A DNA stretch of 64,000 nt, taken from assembly GCA_002269645.1 (NCBI GenBank), contig NIVC01001481.1, forward strand, positions 1 to 64,000. Reading direction: 5' to 3'. The notes beneath the pieces are model-generated. The model was not told the origin of the DNA. It ran no database searches and saw only the letters and a program-made list of their open reading frames with translations. A program made the translations under genes and the position numbers. Within the stretch, counting starts at the first letter, position 1. The number at the start of each line of letters is the position of its first letter. The stretch is from Macrostomum lignano (lineage: Eukaryota). Of this stretch, positions 24,801 through 35,647 are shown one piece after another.

Positions 24801-27800
24801 CCGTTTCAATGAATCATTAGTTGGTTTGATTGCTTACGGGATAGTTTCCAGTCGGGCAGTTGTCAGGACGGATATACTCGTATCCGTAGTTGGCGCGGTA
24901 GATCCACAACCGGGAGCCAGCTGGGCAGCCGAGCATTTGCTCGATGCCGTCACAAGCGAATGCCGTGAGCAGACGGTTTGTCGGCAACGACGCAAACTGC
25001 ATCGCGTTTGCGCTGCACACAGCCGATGCGTTGCCATTCAGCTTGTAGCCCCGGAGGCGACACTGGTACGAGATAAGGTCGTTAAAGCGCCACGGAGGGG
25101 ACGTTGAATTGTCGATGCTGACCACACTGTCAGTGATGTTCGGCGCTGCGCACTGCAGAACTGTACGTAAAAATAGTTATTTATTGTAATTTGGCATTGA
25201 TTTTCGTTAAATTGAAGACAAAGGCCAACAAGCTACCAATATAGTAGCTACTCACTTTCGCAGGTAGGATCAGCGCCAGTCCAGCTTCCATTCGTCAGAC
25301 AGAGGCGAACCGACTTGCCGTTTAGATAGTAACCAGGCTCGCACCGGTAGACAGCCAGCGACCCAATGAAGTAGAGAGCCGAATAGCTCACGCGACCATT
25401 GGCCGGAGCGCTCAGTCCCGGGCAATACCGAACCTGTGAGCACTTTCCACTCACCTTCCAGTCATAGACTACACTTCGACGGTTGAGAAAGTTGCGCCCG
25501 AAAACAGTTGTGCACGTTACTTGGCCGGGTCCATCAACTGTGAATCCAGCGTTGCAGGAAAAGTTGTGAGTTGTCCGAAAGCTCCGAGAGAGACCTGCGA
25601 GGTTGAGGTTTCCGTTCAACACTGTCACGCTGTTGGGGCACTGAGCCACAGTGGCGTTGGCAAGGGATCCGTAGAGTGACACCCATGACACCATATTGGT
25701 GGATGCAACTCGTCGACACTGGACCACAGCCATGTTTAGAGTGTTGTTCTCAAACTGATAGCCCAGCCGAGGAAGCACAAACAGGATTGTGCCGTACGGG
25801 AACTCATTCCGAGACCTTAACCAGTACCAGCGACTAGAAATCCAGTAGACTGTTGACCCATTCAGGTTTGGTGCAGGGCACGTTTGCTCTGAAATTGGTT
25901 TGCCGGGTCAGTAATAAACTTTATGCTAATATCATAGAAAGCTGCTGACCATTAGGAATCGAGAACACTTACCCACACACGAACGATTTAGCTTCAGACC
26001 CCTTTGCGAGATGCCTTTGCTAGTCATGGTGTCGCTCAGTTCGCTGGTGTAGAGGCTGTATCCTGTGCGGCAGCGGCACTCATAGCTACCCTCGGTGTTA
26101 TCGCAGTAGTGATCGCAATCGTTAGTCCAGCGTGATCGGCACTCGTTCACGTCTTAAGATGTACAATAAAAATCGTCAATGAGTCATTAAAATCGAGCTA
26201 TAGCTAGGTACGAGCGTAGTTACTAACAATAAATAATAGATGAAGCTCAGGAACTTACCGACGCACACATTCGTACCACCAAGCTTTGCGTAGCCGTCTC
26301 GGCAGCGGCAGGTGTACGAGCCGATTAAATTCACACACGTGGCGGAGCCGCAGATGTCCTTGTTGACGGTGCACTCGTTCACGTCCAAGCATCTGAGCGA
26401 ATCGCGGAATGAGCCGCTGCTTTCGCATGTAGTGTACGGCAGGGAAGGCGAGTAGCCTCGGTCGCAGAGCAGGGTCAGGTTTTGGCCGACAGTCAAATAG
26501 CCGCTATAGGGCATGAAGCGGCCGGTCGATGAACTCATTGGCACCCGACACCTGGGAGCTAAATAAGCGCATTTTTTGCTTGTTTAACGGCGTTTTATTT
26601 CCTACTTCTGAATAATAACAATCGGTAAAAATGAATATCAAACAAGCGTTTAGTAAATCAATTTTGGCTAAGAATCTGACGGTCAGGATGAGAGGGGGTG
26701 GTACTCACGCAGACAAGTCGGCCAGGGAGAGGACCAGTTGCCGCTAGCATCGCATAGCAAAGTCCTGGATCCGCTTATTGTGTAGGGGCTCTTGCAGCGA
26801 ACAATGGCCAGGCCGCCAAATTTGAAAATGGTGCCGCCAAGCAGAATCTCCAGGTTCGGATCGCGATCCGACGGAATGCTGCACTGGATGGCTGAAATAC
26901 GAGACATGCACGCGGATGAAATATTGGTGCCGGAATTTTGAAATACTATGATGGACGTAAAGGGATTTTCAGGCCTTACTTCGAAACTTTGCACTTAACT
27001 CGTAGTTAGCATACTATAATAAAAAACTGAAAGAGTATCCTATGGCTATTAGAACAGTCAAACAATACTTACATCTGCATGTCGGCGTCGCAGTCCAACC
27101 GTCCAAGGTGCACTCGCTATAGCTGGGGCCTACCAGCTCATAGCCAGGCATGCATTCGTACTCGGTGCGGTTACCAAGGAACAGGCCGCCAACCCTGGCG
27201 ATGCTGTTGGCCGGCAATGATGGCCTGCCGCAGGTCTTCGCTGTAGAGTGATTGAGACGTGTTCTTTAGTATGCTAGTCAGACTGACAAAGGACTCTATC
27301 AAACCCCACCCTCAAGCTACTCACGAACGCAGAGCACGGCGCTGGGTGAAAAGACGCCATCCATCGTGCAGGTGACCTCAACAAACTCCGTTCTCAGACT
27401 GGCGTTGCCCAACACTGAGCCAAAGGGGCAGGTGTAGTTCATCATCATGCCGTAGGCGAGATTGCCCAGCGAACCGACGCACGGCGTCGAAAATGAGAAT
27501 CGGAAGCCTCTTCTCTGGACGCTGAAGTCGGATTGGAACGTGATGGTAAGCTGGGTGCTGGAATTGAAGCTGCCCAGAGCTTTCAGGCTCTGCTGCACCG
27601 CCTCGGGCGTGCTCAGCAGGCTGTAGGCAGTTGAAGGCTGGTTAGTGCTGATGTTAACGGAGTCGTAGCCAACCTCCAGTTCGAAGAATTCCATGTTGAG
27701 CTTCCACTGAGGCACCGAGGCCATGACAATATACTGACAGTTGGCATAGTTGGGGTAAGCAACATCGTAGCCGGGTGACTCGATGACGCCGCTGCTGGCG

Positions 27801-30800
27801 TAAATCTCAATGCTGCATCCGGGACGAACTCGGCCAGAGAGGATGCTGCCGCTGAGGCCAGTGAGCACCGCGGAGAAGCTGCAGTAGGACTCAACTAGCA
27901 CTGCCGAAGTGCTGGACACGATGGAGCTGGCGTAGGCACGAGTGCCGGACAGCTCGGCCAGCAGGGAGGCATCGCTGCTGGCTGTGCCGGAATAGAATTT
28001 GATGCTACAGCCGGCCGGAATGCTGAAGGCGTCCAGACTGAAGCTCAGGTTGGCGGCCGCAGACACCGAGCTGGACAGCTGCCAGGAGCAAGTCTTGCCG
28101 GCAATCAGGTTGGCCGGGGTGATCGACAGAGAGTAGCCTGTGCTGTTGATGCTCTGGCTGAACGAGCACGAGGCACTGGCTGTGTTGTGGTTGGTTTGTG
28201 GTCCCAGTCAAATTTTGTTACAAGGGTTGCATGGTTAAGGCAAATATGAGTCATCATTGATAGTTTCAATAAAATTTTCCTCTTCTCCTTGCAGATAGAA
28301 GCTAAACTTGAGCCGGTCAAACAATGTTTGTTGTGTTGGTTTCCATAGTGCCACCCACTCTACCCTGCAGCCATCTTGTTGACGCATCAGCAGCAAAATA
28401 GTTTTTGTGCAGAGACATTTTTTTCATTGTTTCTCCACCCACCTACTTAGAGTAGACAAAAGCCGAGGCCCTTTACAGCCACTTAATGAAGTGGCCTAGA
28501 GCCAAGACCCACCCAGTTTTCGTTTTGTTCCTAAATTTAGAAACAAGGCAAGGTGATTGCACAATAGATAAAAGAGCTGAGTGAAACACGAGGTCCTCTT
28601 GAAGCGCTTTTGGCATTTTTGCAGGCTGAAAATAAAATAAGTAAAGGGAGCCGTCTCGGCCGCACCCAGTTTTAATGCAAACAATCATGCCTGTCCCGCT
28701 CAAGATGCGCTTGGCCTGCCCACCCGACGTCAAACCATCTCTCCGTCTTGATGCACCTTTCAAATAGACGGAATGCCTCTGTGCTCTTAATTAATGATGC
28801 CCAAGCCAGCTGGGGGCAGCAAAACTAGCTGTTCTCATACAGACAAATAGCCTGCGTGAGTCTGTTTGCATGACGTGACTATTCTATTTTTTCTTAGCAC
28901 TGTAGAGACACTTTTTTCATTGACGCAGATTCGTTTTAGTGAAGAGACTGGCTTCCAGAGAAACTACTAACAATAAATCATGTGTGCATAGCCATCCGCA
29001 TGAGATAGAATAGAATCTCAGAGAAAGAATTTTGAATAATAATAACTTACAGACTTCGTAGGTGATGTTGAAGCCTTTGTAGACCATGCTGAAGTCAGAG
29101 GTGAAGACCAGAGAGATCATGTCGGCGCCCTGCGGCATCTGCCACGAGTAGCCGCTGACCAGTGAGCCGCTGAACGGCAACCGGACTTGAAGCAGAGCGG
29201 ACGGGTCGCCAAGGAACACATGCAGCCTGTCGAACAATCGCTCCGTTTCGAAGAAGTTGAACTGCAATGAAGCGATAAATTTTGTGATTGTTCATTCAAT
29301 CATTTTAGTGTTTTTATTTAGCCAGTTAATGAAGCAGAAAACTTACGTTCAGCTTAAGAGAGTCAGTAGCATCCATCTTGATTGTCCAGACGCACTTGAC
29401 ATCGTTCTGGTACTTGTTCGGATAGCCTGGCGACAGCAGCTCACCCGTGGTATTTACCTTCGCATCGAAATTGCCACCGCAGGACACTCGGCGAGCTAGT
29501 AAAGAAAAAGTTATTAAAATAATAATGACAAATGGCAAGAATATTGTCACCTACTGGTTGTAGCCTAGTGATTAGAGCGTCGGACCCATGGCTTGAAGGT
29601 CGGGGGTTCGATTCACGATCCCGGTGAAACTATTTTTGTCTTCAACTCTGCATTGCTTCCCAGCTGTAAAATGGGTACCACCATTAGCTGGGCTAATTGA
29701 GGGTGTGTGGCGACTCCCCAGTCCATGCACTGAACAGCCGTACGCAGCCTTCAGACGCGCCACGCAATAGCTGCGGCTGAGCTGTCGGCTACATATCTGC
29801 CCATTTGGGCCGGTGGAATTATTTTTTTTGTTAATAGGAAGGTTGTGAGCACCCTGGCTCGCAACCCGGCGACATCGTCCCACAACCAGCAGCGCTGAGG
29901 CAATGCTGTCCATTCCGCTGGCTCCTGAGCACAACACAAGCGAGCCAACGTTGTATGCAGGCGCGCACTCATACACACGCTCACACAGGTGTACAGGGCA
30001 GCCCTTTGACTTTCTAATCATCCAGGCATGTACACTCTGTGCCTTTGGGGGGCTGGCCCTAATTGCTGCAAATTGGGCGACTTCCCCTCGGCAAATATTT
30101 CGTGCACAGGCCTCAAATTAATGCAATGTAGCGGCCACTAAAGTCAGACGCGTTTTAAAATTTAAAGTCAAAAAGGTTTCTAATGTTCAATATTAAACGA
30201 CTTCTTACGGCACTGCGGTTGATCCTCGTCGTCACCGGCTGGGCAGTCGTTCCGGCCGTCGCACAGCTGGCAGCGGGTGATGCGCCGGCCGCTGCCGTTG
30301 CAGCGGTACCAGCCGCGGGTGCACGGCTCCGCCTCGCAAACGAACCGTCGCTTCCGGTCGCAGAAGCTCAAACTCCAGGCGTCGTCGTTGTCCTGATCGG
30401 CGTCGAGCTCGGCGCATTGCTCGCCTGCACAAAGTTCCATTTCGAATGAATTCAAAGTGCTAAAAATGACAGATGCTTACTTCCACACAAAAGTACATTA
30501 TAAAGTCATACCAGTGCCCGAGTCCATGATGCCGTAGTTCCAGTAGCCGCGGTACTGCGCCCTCCGGCGGCCCCTGGACGATCGGCAGTCGCGATCGAAG
30601 CTTCTGTGGCAGCGCAAGCCAAACCAGAACCGGAAGCGGCGCGAGAAGGCGGCACCGCGGAACTGGCGCACCAACCATCGGGTCAGGCAGCGACCCTCCA
30701 CTTCGGCTAGGCGGCCGCCAACGCTGGAAAGTCGGGGGGGGGGTAGGTATGAATTGGCAGCAATTTATCTTGAGTTTTGCTACTGACGAAAACTAATTAG

Positions 30801-31289
30801 CTGGCGAGGCCTATTTTCAAAGTCTTTCGCCTTTTACCTATGATTTGAACAATTAGATACGTTTAACAAGTCTTCGCTAGACTAAGCGAAATCTCCTATC
30901 AGGGAATTAATCGAACGGCAAATTAAACAAGTGGATAGCAATTAAAAGATTACCTGGCGCAGGTGCTGTTGGCCTGATCCCAGCGCATTCGCTGTGAGTA
31001 GAATCGGTAGCACATGGGACCTCTGGCGAACAGCTGGTAGCCTAGTAAACATGAGAGACAGTTTAACGTTGTCAATTGGACTTTCTTAGCTGATTAATTT
31101 TCAAACAGAGTCGAATAAAAAACCCTAAATCTTACCCGACGGGCAGGTGTAAAACTGCGCGTCGCCCAGCACCAGATTCGAACAGCTGTAGCGGAAATTC
31201 CACCTCTGTTGGAACGAACGGCGAGCGTCAGTGAGGCTCACCGACGCCACGCACAGGCAGGCAACAATGAGGGCGACTGTTGGCCTCAT
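6886..31289 (-). CDS. uif: Giant type I membrane protein, Uninflatable/SVEP1-like, 42 exons, 17,610 nt, ~5,869 aa. Exons: 31289-31136, 31041-30954, 30723-30512, 30424-30209, 29495-29347, 29261-29051, 28179-27325, 27240-27073, 26891-26709, 26558-26259, 26152-25973, 25888-25256, 25160-24838, 24745-24414, 24319-24125, 23983-23394, 23300-22530, 22450-22107, 22011-21897, 21791-21712, 21623-20661, 20542-20431, 20312-20197, 20021-19584, 19458-19221, 19125-18788, 17732-17606, 17518-16769, 16613-16288, 16197-16080, 15985-15548, 15449-14761, 14673-13998, 13821-13093, 13005-12790, 12706-12534, 12405-12165, 12075-9886, 9790-9610, 9514-8778, 8698-8603, 8504-6886
   Basis: All junctions are GT-AG with consistent phases, and the summed length is divisible by 3 with no internal stop found. 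Domain order: signal peptide (MRPTVALIVACLCVASVSLTDA), C-type lectin, LDLa, CUB x3, sushi and Ca-EGF, SUEL lectin, repeated cassettes, HYR x2, GCC2/GCC3 (ephrin-receptor-like), a long EGF array, LamG/pentraxin, HYR, GCC repeats, EGF, TM (AIVAIAVSCSVVAIAAIIAVAVYCV), short tail. This order resembles Drosophila Uninflatable; orthology is inferred from architecture only. Confidence 0.85.
9886..12075 (-). CDS. Uif-like exon 38: GCC2/GCC3 repeats followed by a tandem array of Notch-like EGF repeats
   Basis: Repeated CxxxPCxNGGxCxxxxxxYxCxCxxGxxGxxCE pattern and CPPG/CPQNYYQD/CKPGFYS motifs in ORF 9809..12115. Confidence 0.95.
18030..18520. repeat. Intronic minisatellite, 42-bp unit (tctatggccgggcctaagtgtggaataaatatgtttcagtag), ~11 copies
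   Basis: Period 42 (18151, 18193 and onward); lies in Uif-like intron 26. Confidence 0.95.
29553..29820 (+). mobile_element. tRNA-derived SINE, family A, in Uif-like intron 4
   Basis: A-box-like tagcctagtg and B-box ggttcgattc. Core ctgcattgcttc...cccagctgtaaaatgggtac. Closely similar to the reverse complement of 38645-38930. Confidence 0.85.
29830..30120 (-). mobile_element. SINE family B copy (head missing or degenerate), tail-to-tail with family A
   Basis: Aligns with ~5620-5830 (ggttgtgagcaccctgg, cacaacc, cacacgctcacacaggtgtacag, aggcatgtacact). Confidence 0.75.
30209..31289 (-). CDS. Uif-like exons 1-4: signal peptide, C-type lectin domain, LDL-receptor class A repeat
   Basis: CYRFYSQRMRWDQANSTCASVGGRLA ... 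QCAEL ... RRFVCE fits the CTLD pattern. CTRGWYRCNGSGRRITRCQLCDGRNDCPAGDDED fits LDLa. Confidence 0.85.
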
Positions 31290-32038
31290 TGCTCTATGGG
31301 CTCAGGTGGATAGTTGCTAAGGGGGAGTATGCTAATCTCAGCAGTGTATTTTTCAACAGAAGTTTGCTAAATTAACAGATACGCTTCGCTCTACAGCGAT
31401 GCTTGCAAAGAAGGGCCAAGGCCCATTCAGTCTGCGACTTAAATAGGCGCTGGTCTGACTGACCCACCCTGCAGAATTTGTTTACTCGGTGTCTACCCCA
31501 GCTCTCCATCAGGCGCTGGGTGGGTCTCCTGGGGCGGCCCGTCAGGCCCTCACCTATTTTTCTTTTGTTCCATAAACTGTCTCTCAGCTATTGAGCTGCT
31601 CAACCGCTTCTTTCGAGTATAACAGCAGCAACTTGAATGTTAAGCTGCCTGCTTGGACTTTAGGACTGCAGACTCACCCAGTAAAGCCATCATAACAGAG
31701 GGAGGGGGCTCAGACCCCTGGTTGCTAGCTGTCACATCATAATTCAAAAAATAAGATAGTGTTGGCTCTGGTTAACCCCTCAATAATTAAGTGATGACTT
31801 AAGAGGCGAGTAGAAGGCCATGGCCCACATATACTGCCACTGCTTCAGGCCTCTGCAACTTCGTATGGATTTATAGTAGGAAAATGACCTTTACAAAGTT
31901 TCGATGCTAAATAAGCTCGAAGTAAAGGAGCTGAAACTTTAAAGTCCATCCCATCGTTCAGTGGAGATACAATTTGTAGCTTGACTGTGCATATTTTTTT
32001 TTCAGCTAAACGAGTTTTGACCTTGTTGTTCGTAATTT

Positions 32039-32348
32039 AACAACAACAACAACAACAAAATACGCAGCCCCGCAAGCAAAGTCACAGAGCAGGGCGCGTC
32101 AGATGGCGCGCCGCAGAGCCTGAGAGCGGATGAAGTCCGCCCCGTTCGCAGTGTCGGGCGCCCCGGCGTCGCGTGGGAGTCCACATATCGACGGGTCTGG
32201 GCCTGACCCCGTCTGAACGGACCCTGCAAGGTGAGCAGCAGGACGTCCTGAAAAGGCTGGGGGCAGGTAGCCCTCGGCCCGGATCACGTGGCCCGCCAGT
32301 TGAAGTCGCCGCCGGCGCAGGATGATGGACGGGCGCTGCAGCTTGGCA
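32039..32348 (-). mobile_element. 5'-truncated non-LTR retrotransposon (RTE-like) 3' fragment with (GTT)n tail and 7-bp TSD
   Basis: Minus strand translates to ILRRRRLQLAGHVIRAE, resembling the RLRWAGHVxR C-terminal motif of RTE/CR1-type ORFs. After a frameshift it reads VLLLTLQGPFRRGQAQTRRYVDS. The tail is ttgttgttgttg. GTAATTT is duplicated at 32032-32038 and 32349-32355. Confidence 0.75.
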
Positions 32349-32556
32349 GTAATTTGTTATTTTTTAATAATTATATAAAATTACTACACACAGGCACCTT
32401 TTCGCACAATGCATTTGCTGCATTGACGTTTATTCGAAAGTAGTATACACGTCTCATATATGTATATAATTAGAAGTCAATAAGCCAAGCTAATGAGCAG
32501 TCTACAGTGATTCATAAGGCTAGTTGCGGTTAATGCAAATTTATGCTTAGTCAAGT

Positions 32557-33648
32557 TTAGTCAATCATCAGCTCGAACGCCAATCGATCAGATCGCAAAT
32601 CGTTTGTTGTTCGCACGTTGCGAACATTGTACACCCGGCACTCCACCATGATGACCACGTTTCGCTTCGGACTAACGAATCGAGCCGCCACGAGTGGACT
32701 TCTGTAACCAACCTGCGTCAGGTAGGGATAAAACAGAGGGCTCATGATGCCGTACTCCACACCTTTGATCGTCTCCGAAGGGTAGTACTTAATTTGGCCC
32801 ATGTTCTCCCTGTCCGTGTCCGTTCTCCCGTCACAGCGCACAAGCATATTGTACGAGGTGCTGTTGCTGATGATGTCGGGCACCCAGCCGAACACTCGGT
32901 TCAGCTTCAGCAGGACGCAGGGCGAGCCGCGCGGATAGCCGAAGAAGCCCTGCTTGCTGCACGGGTCCAGCCAGCTGAGCTCGAAACGGCACGGATCGTT
33001 CGGGTCGGGGCTGCCGCGCTCCTGCGTCTCAATATTGCAATCCACGATGTTCACATCGCGCTCGGTGTTGTAAAACAGCTCGTACTGATCCAGATAGGCC
33101 TGCAGGTGGGTGGTGTAGATCAGGTAACTCTCCGGCCGGGTCTGCCTGAAGCGAATCAGCGTGCCCATGAAGTCAGGCACCGGTCGCATGGCCAGAGCTG
33201 GCGAGAGGCGCAGGACGTTCTGCTCTCCAGTGAGGTGCGGCGTGTCCTCATTGATAACTAAGAATGAGAAGATCACGTAGCTGATGATCAGCAGAATAAT
33301 GATGAGGGAGTAAAATATGAAGTAGGATAGCATCAAAGCGAAGAATTGCGGCAGTGTGCGGTCGAGAATGGTTCCCGACTCAGGGTTGTACAGGTACATC
33401 AGGAACGCTTCGGCCTCGCGCACCAGAGCCGGCCGACGGTCGGGCAACTCGCTAGCGGTATTCGTGAATGTCTGCTGAGTGTAGCGGCTGGCCTTGGTGA
33501 TGTGCGAGCGGGCGGCGACGCTGCCACCGGCCGCTGAGCTGGCGCCGGTCACGCTTGGCGCCGTCCTGCGCGGCTGCGCGTCCAGACTCCCGGCTCCGTC
33601 ATCTAGTTCGAAGCCTTTGGACTCGCTGGGCGCCCGGAAGAAGGACAT
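32557..33648 (-). CDS. ATP1B: Na+/K+-ATPase beta subunit (nervana/ATP1B family), intronless, 363 aa
   Basis: FLYNPESGTILDRT-like motif before a single TM segment; SPALAMRP; GYPRGSPCVLLKLNRVFGWVP; YPYLTQVGYRSPLVA; C-terminal AFELMID. One uninterrupted ORF starting at ATG. Confidence 0.93.
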   Translation of the reverse strand: MSFFRAPSESKGFELDDGAGSLDAQPRRTAPSVTGASSAAGGSVAARSHITKASRYTQQTFTNTASELPDRRPALVREAEAFLMYLYNPESGTILDRTLPQFFALMLSYFIFYSLIIILLIISYVIFSFLVINEDTPHLTGEQNVLRLSPALAMRPVPDFMGTLIRFRQTRPESYLIYTTHLQAYLDQYELFYNTERDVNIVDCNIETQERGSPDPNDPCRFELSWLDPCSKQGFFGYPRGSPCVLLKLNRVFGWVPDIISNSTSYNMLVRCDGRTDTDRENMGQIKYYPSETIKGVEYGIMSPLFYPYLTQVGYRSPLVAARFVSPKRNVVIMVECRVYNVRNVRTTNDLRSDRLAFELMID

Positions 33649-34554
33649 AACTGCAGCAGTCTGGCTTAGAGCGGTTGACTCGAATTTTTGCCTCTTGACG
33701 CTTCGCTCTGCTGGCTTTTCTTTGATTTCCTAACTCGATTTGTTGTTGAGGTTGGGCCTTAGTGAGATAAGAACCCCCCCCCCTGAGTAGTGCCCAGCCC
33801 CAAGCTGCTCCATGCTAGCTGTTCCAATCGCCCCTTTTCTTATCAGTCGCTCGTTCGGGCATCGATAAGCGCTGGAAGAGACGCGAATGCGACTTTCAGG
33901 CACATAGGCAGGCAGGTGTGTGTGTGTGTGTGTGTGTGTCTTCAGCTGACCTACAATATCTACAGTATACCCGCAACTATAGCTCTGCTGCTAGGTATGA
34001 CTCATACAACTGCACTGTACTCGACTGAGTACTCAATTTAATACTCTTTCAGGCTCGGATTTTTCAGCAATGTCCAAAGCTAATTGAGCAAAGATTTTGG
34101 ACGAAATAAACGACAGACAATACTATTCAGTAGAAACCGAGTAGAATGAGACCTGCGTGCTTGTGCGCGAACAGCTTTGAATACGTTGCCAAATAATTAG
34201 ACTTAGAACTCCTTGTTTGCGGCTATTCAATCAGTTTGAGCAGCAGAATACGAGTGTAAAGGCCAAAGTTGACAATAGAAAAACTGCCAAAATTCCACTG
34301 GGAATTTCTGCCCTGACTCGCTTTGTCACGCGCCGCAGATCGGGTTTTTACTAAGCAAATTCAAGCCGTCTGTGCGCCGCCTTACTCACCCAGCAGCCGC
34401 GTGTTCCTACGGCTTTTTGAAACGGCGAGCATGGGCCGATCCAGGGGGAGGGGTCAAGGGGGTCGGCTGACCCCCCCGGGAAAACTCCTGGATCTGCCAC
34501 TGACGGCTGTTCTGGGATGATATAATAGCTAATTAATTTAATCCATTATGAGCC

Positions 34555-34930
34555 GCTTCCTGACATTCTCGACGCTTCCTGACATTCTCGACGCTTCCTG
34601 ACATTCTCGACGCTTCCTGACATTCTCGACGCTTCCTGACATTCTCGACGCTTCCTGACATTCTCGACGCTTCCTGACATTCTCGACGCTTCCTGACATT
34701 CCAAACGCTTCCTGACATTCCAAACGCTTCCTGACATTCCAAACGCTTCCTGACATTCCCAACGCTTCCTGACATTCCAAACGCTTCCTGACATTCCCAA
34801 CGCTTTCTGACATTTTTGACGCTTCCTGACATTTTTTAAGCTTCCTGACATTTAATGCTTTCTGACATGTTTCTTTGTCCTGACATTGCTAATGCTTCCT
34901 GACATTTTTATGCTTCCTGACATTCTCGAC
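34555..34930. repeat. Minisatellite, 19-bp unit (ttcctgacattctcgacgc / ttcctgacattccaaacgc)
   Basis: Period 19, with two variant blocks and a degenerate edge. Confidence 0.95.
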
Positions 34931-35647
34931 TGCGCCGGACGATGCCCCCTGCAGCTAAGTCAATATATCCTCGACGCTTCCTGCCCCCCCATTAGTTTCG
35001 AAATTTTCTGCATAGTTGTTACGAGCGTAAACAGTATGATATATGATATATAGTATATAAAGGATGGCGCAATAAAAATGCAAATAACTTTTTTCCTTTT
35101 ACTGTCCAGCAGAAATTTCTACAACTTGAAGAAATTCACGAAGAAGGCGCGAAACCAGCTTTTCATTGCTAAGCAGAAAGCATTGGCGGTAAAACTTTAT
35201 CATGAATATAATTTCTTTTATTATAGAAAGCAAGAGAAGTTTCTTGTCTTTGTAGCAACAATATTTGCAAATATTCTAACGAGACTACTCACAGTAAGCT
35301 ACTGCGACAGGGCCAAAACAGCAAAGATCAAAAAACCGAATTGTGAAAAAGCGAAGCAATAATCAGTCTGGCAAGCTGTCAAAGTGGTGCAAGAAAACTT
35401 TGTGGCAAGCAAAGCGGGGAATTCAGGTTAAACAGATAGAGAATTAGGCTGTAATTTTTAGCAGGGAGACTGCGGATTAATAAGGCGATAGAGTTGAAAT
35501 TGAAGCACGAATGACGCGAGACCGTCAAGCAGATTAATTTAAAGCTCTCCCCGCATGGATGGTCCCTGGGGAATCTCCAAAGTCATCGCTCTAGGATTAA
35601 TAATTAGATAATCAGAATCAAAGTTCAGGGATGTGAGAAACTGCTGT

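Noticed and set aside
34430-34503. Tiny Harbinger-like MITE (gatccagg ... cctggatctgccactg)
   Set aside because: Only an 8-bp inverted match and no clear TSD, too weak to call.
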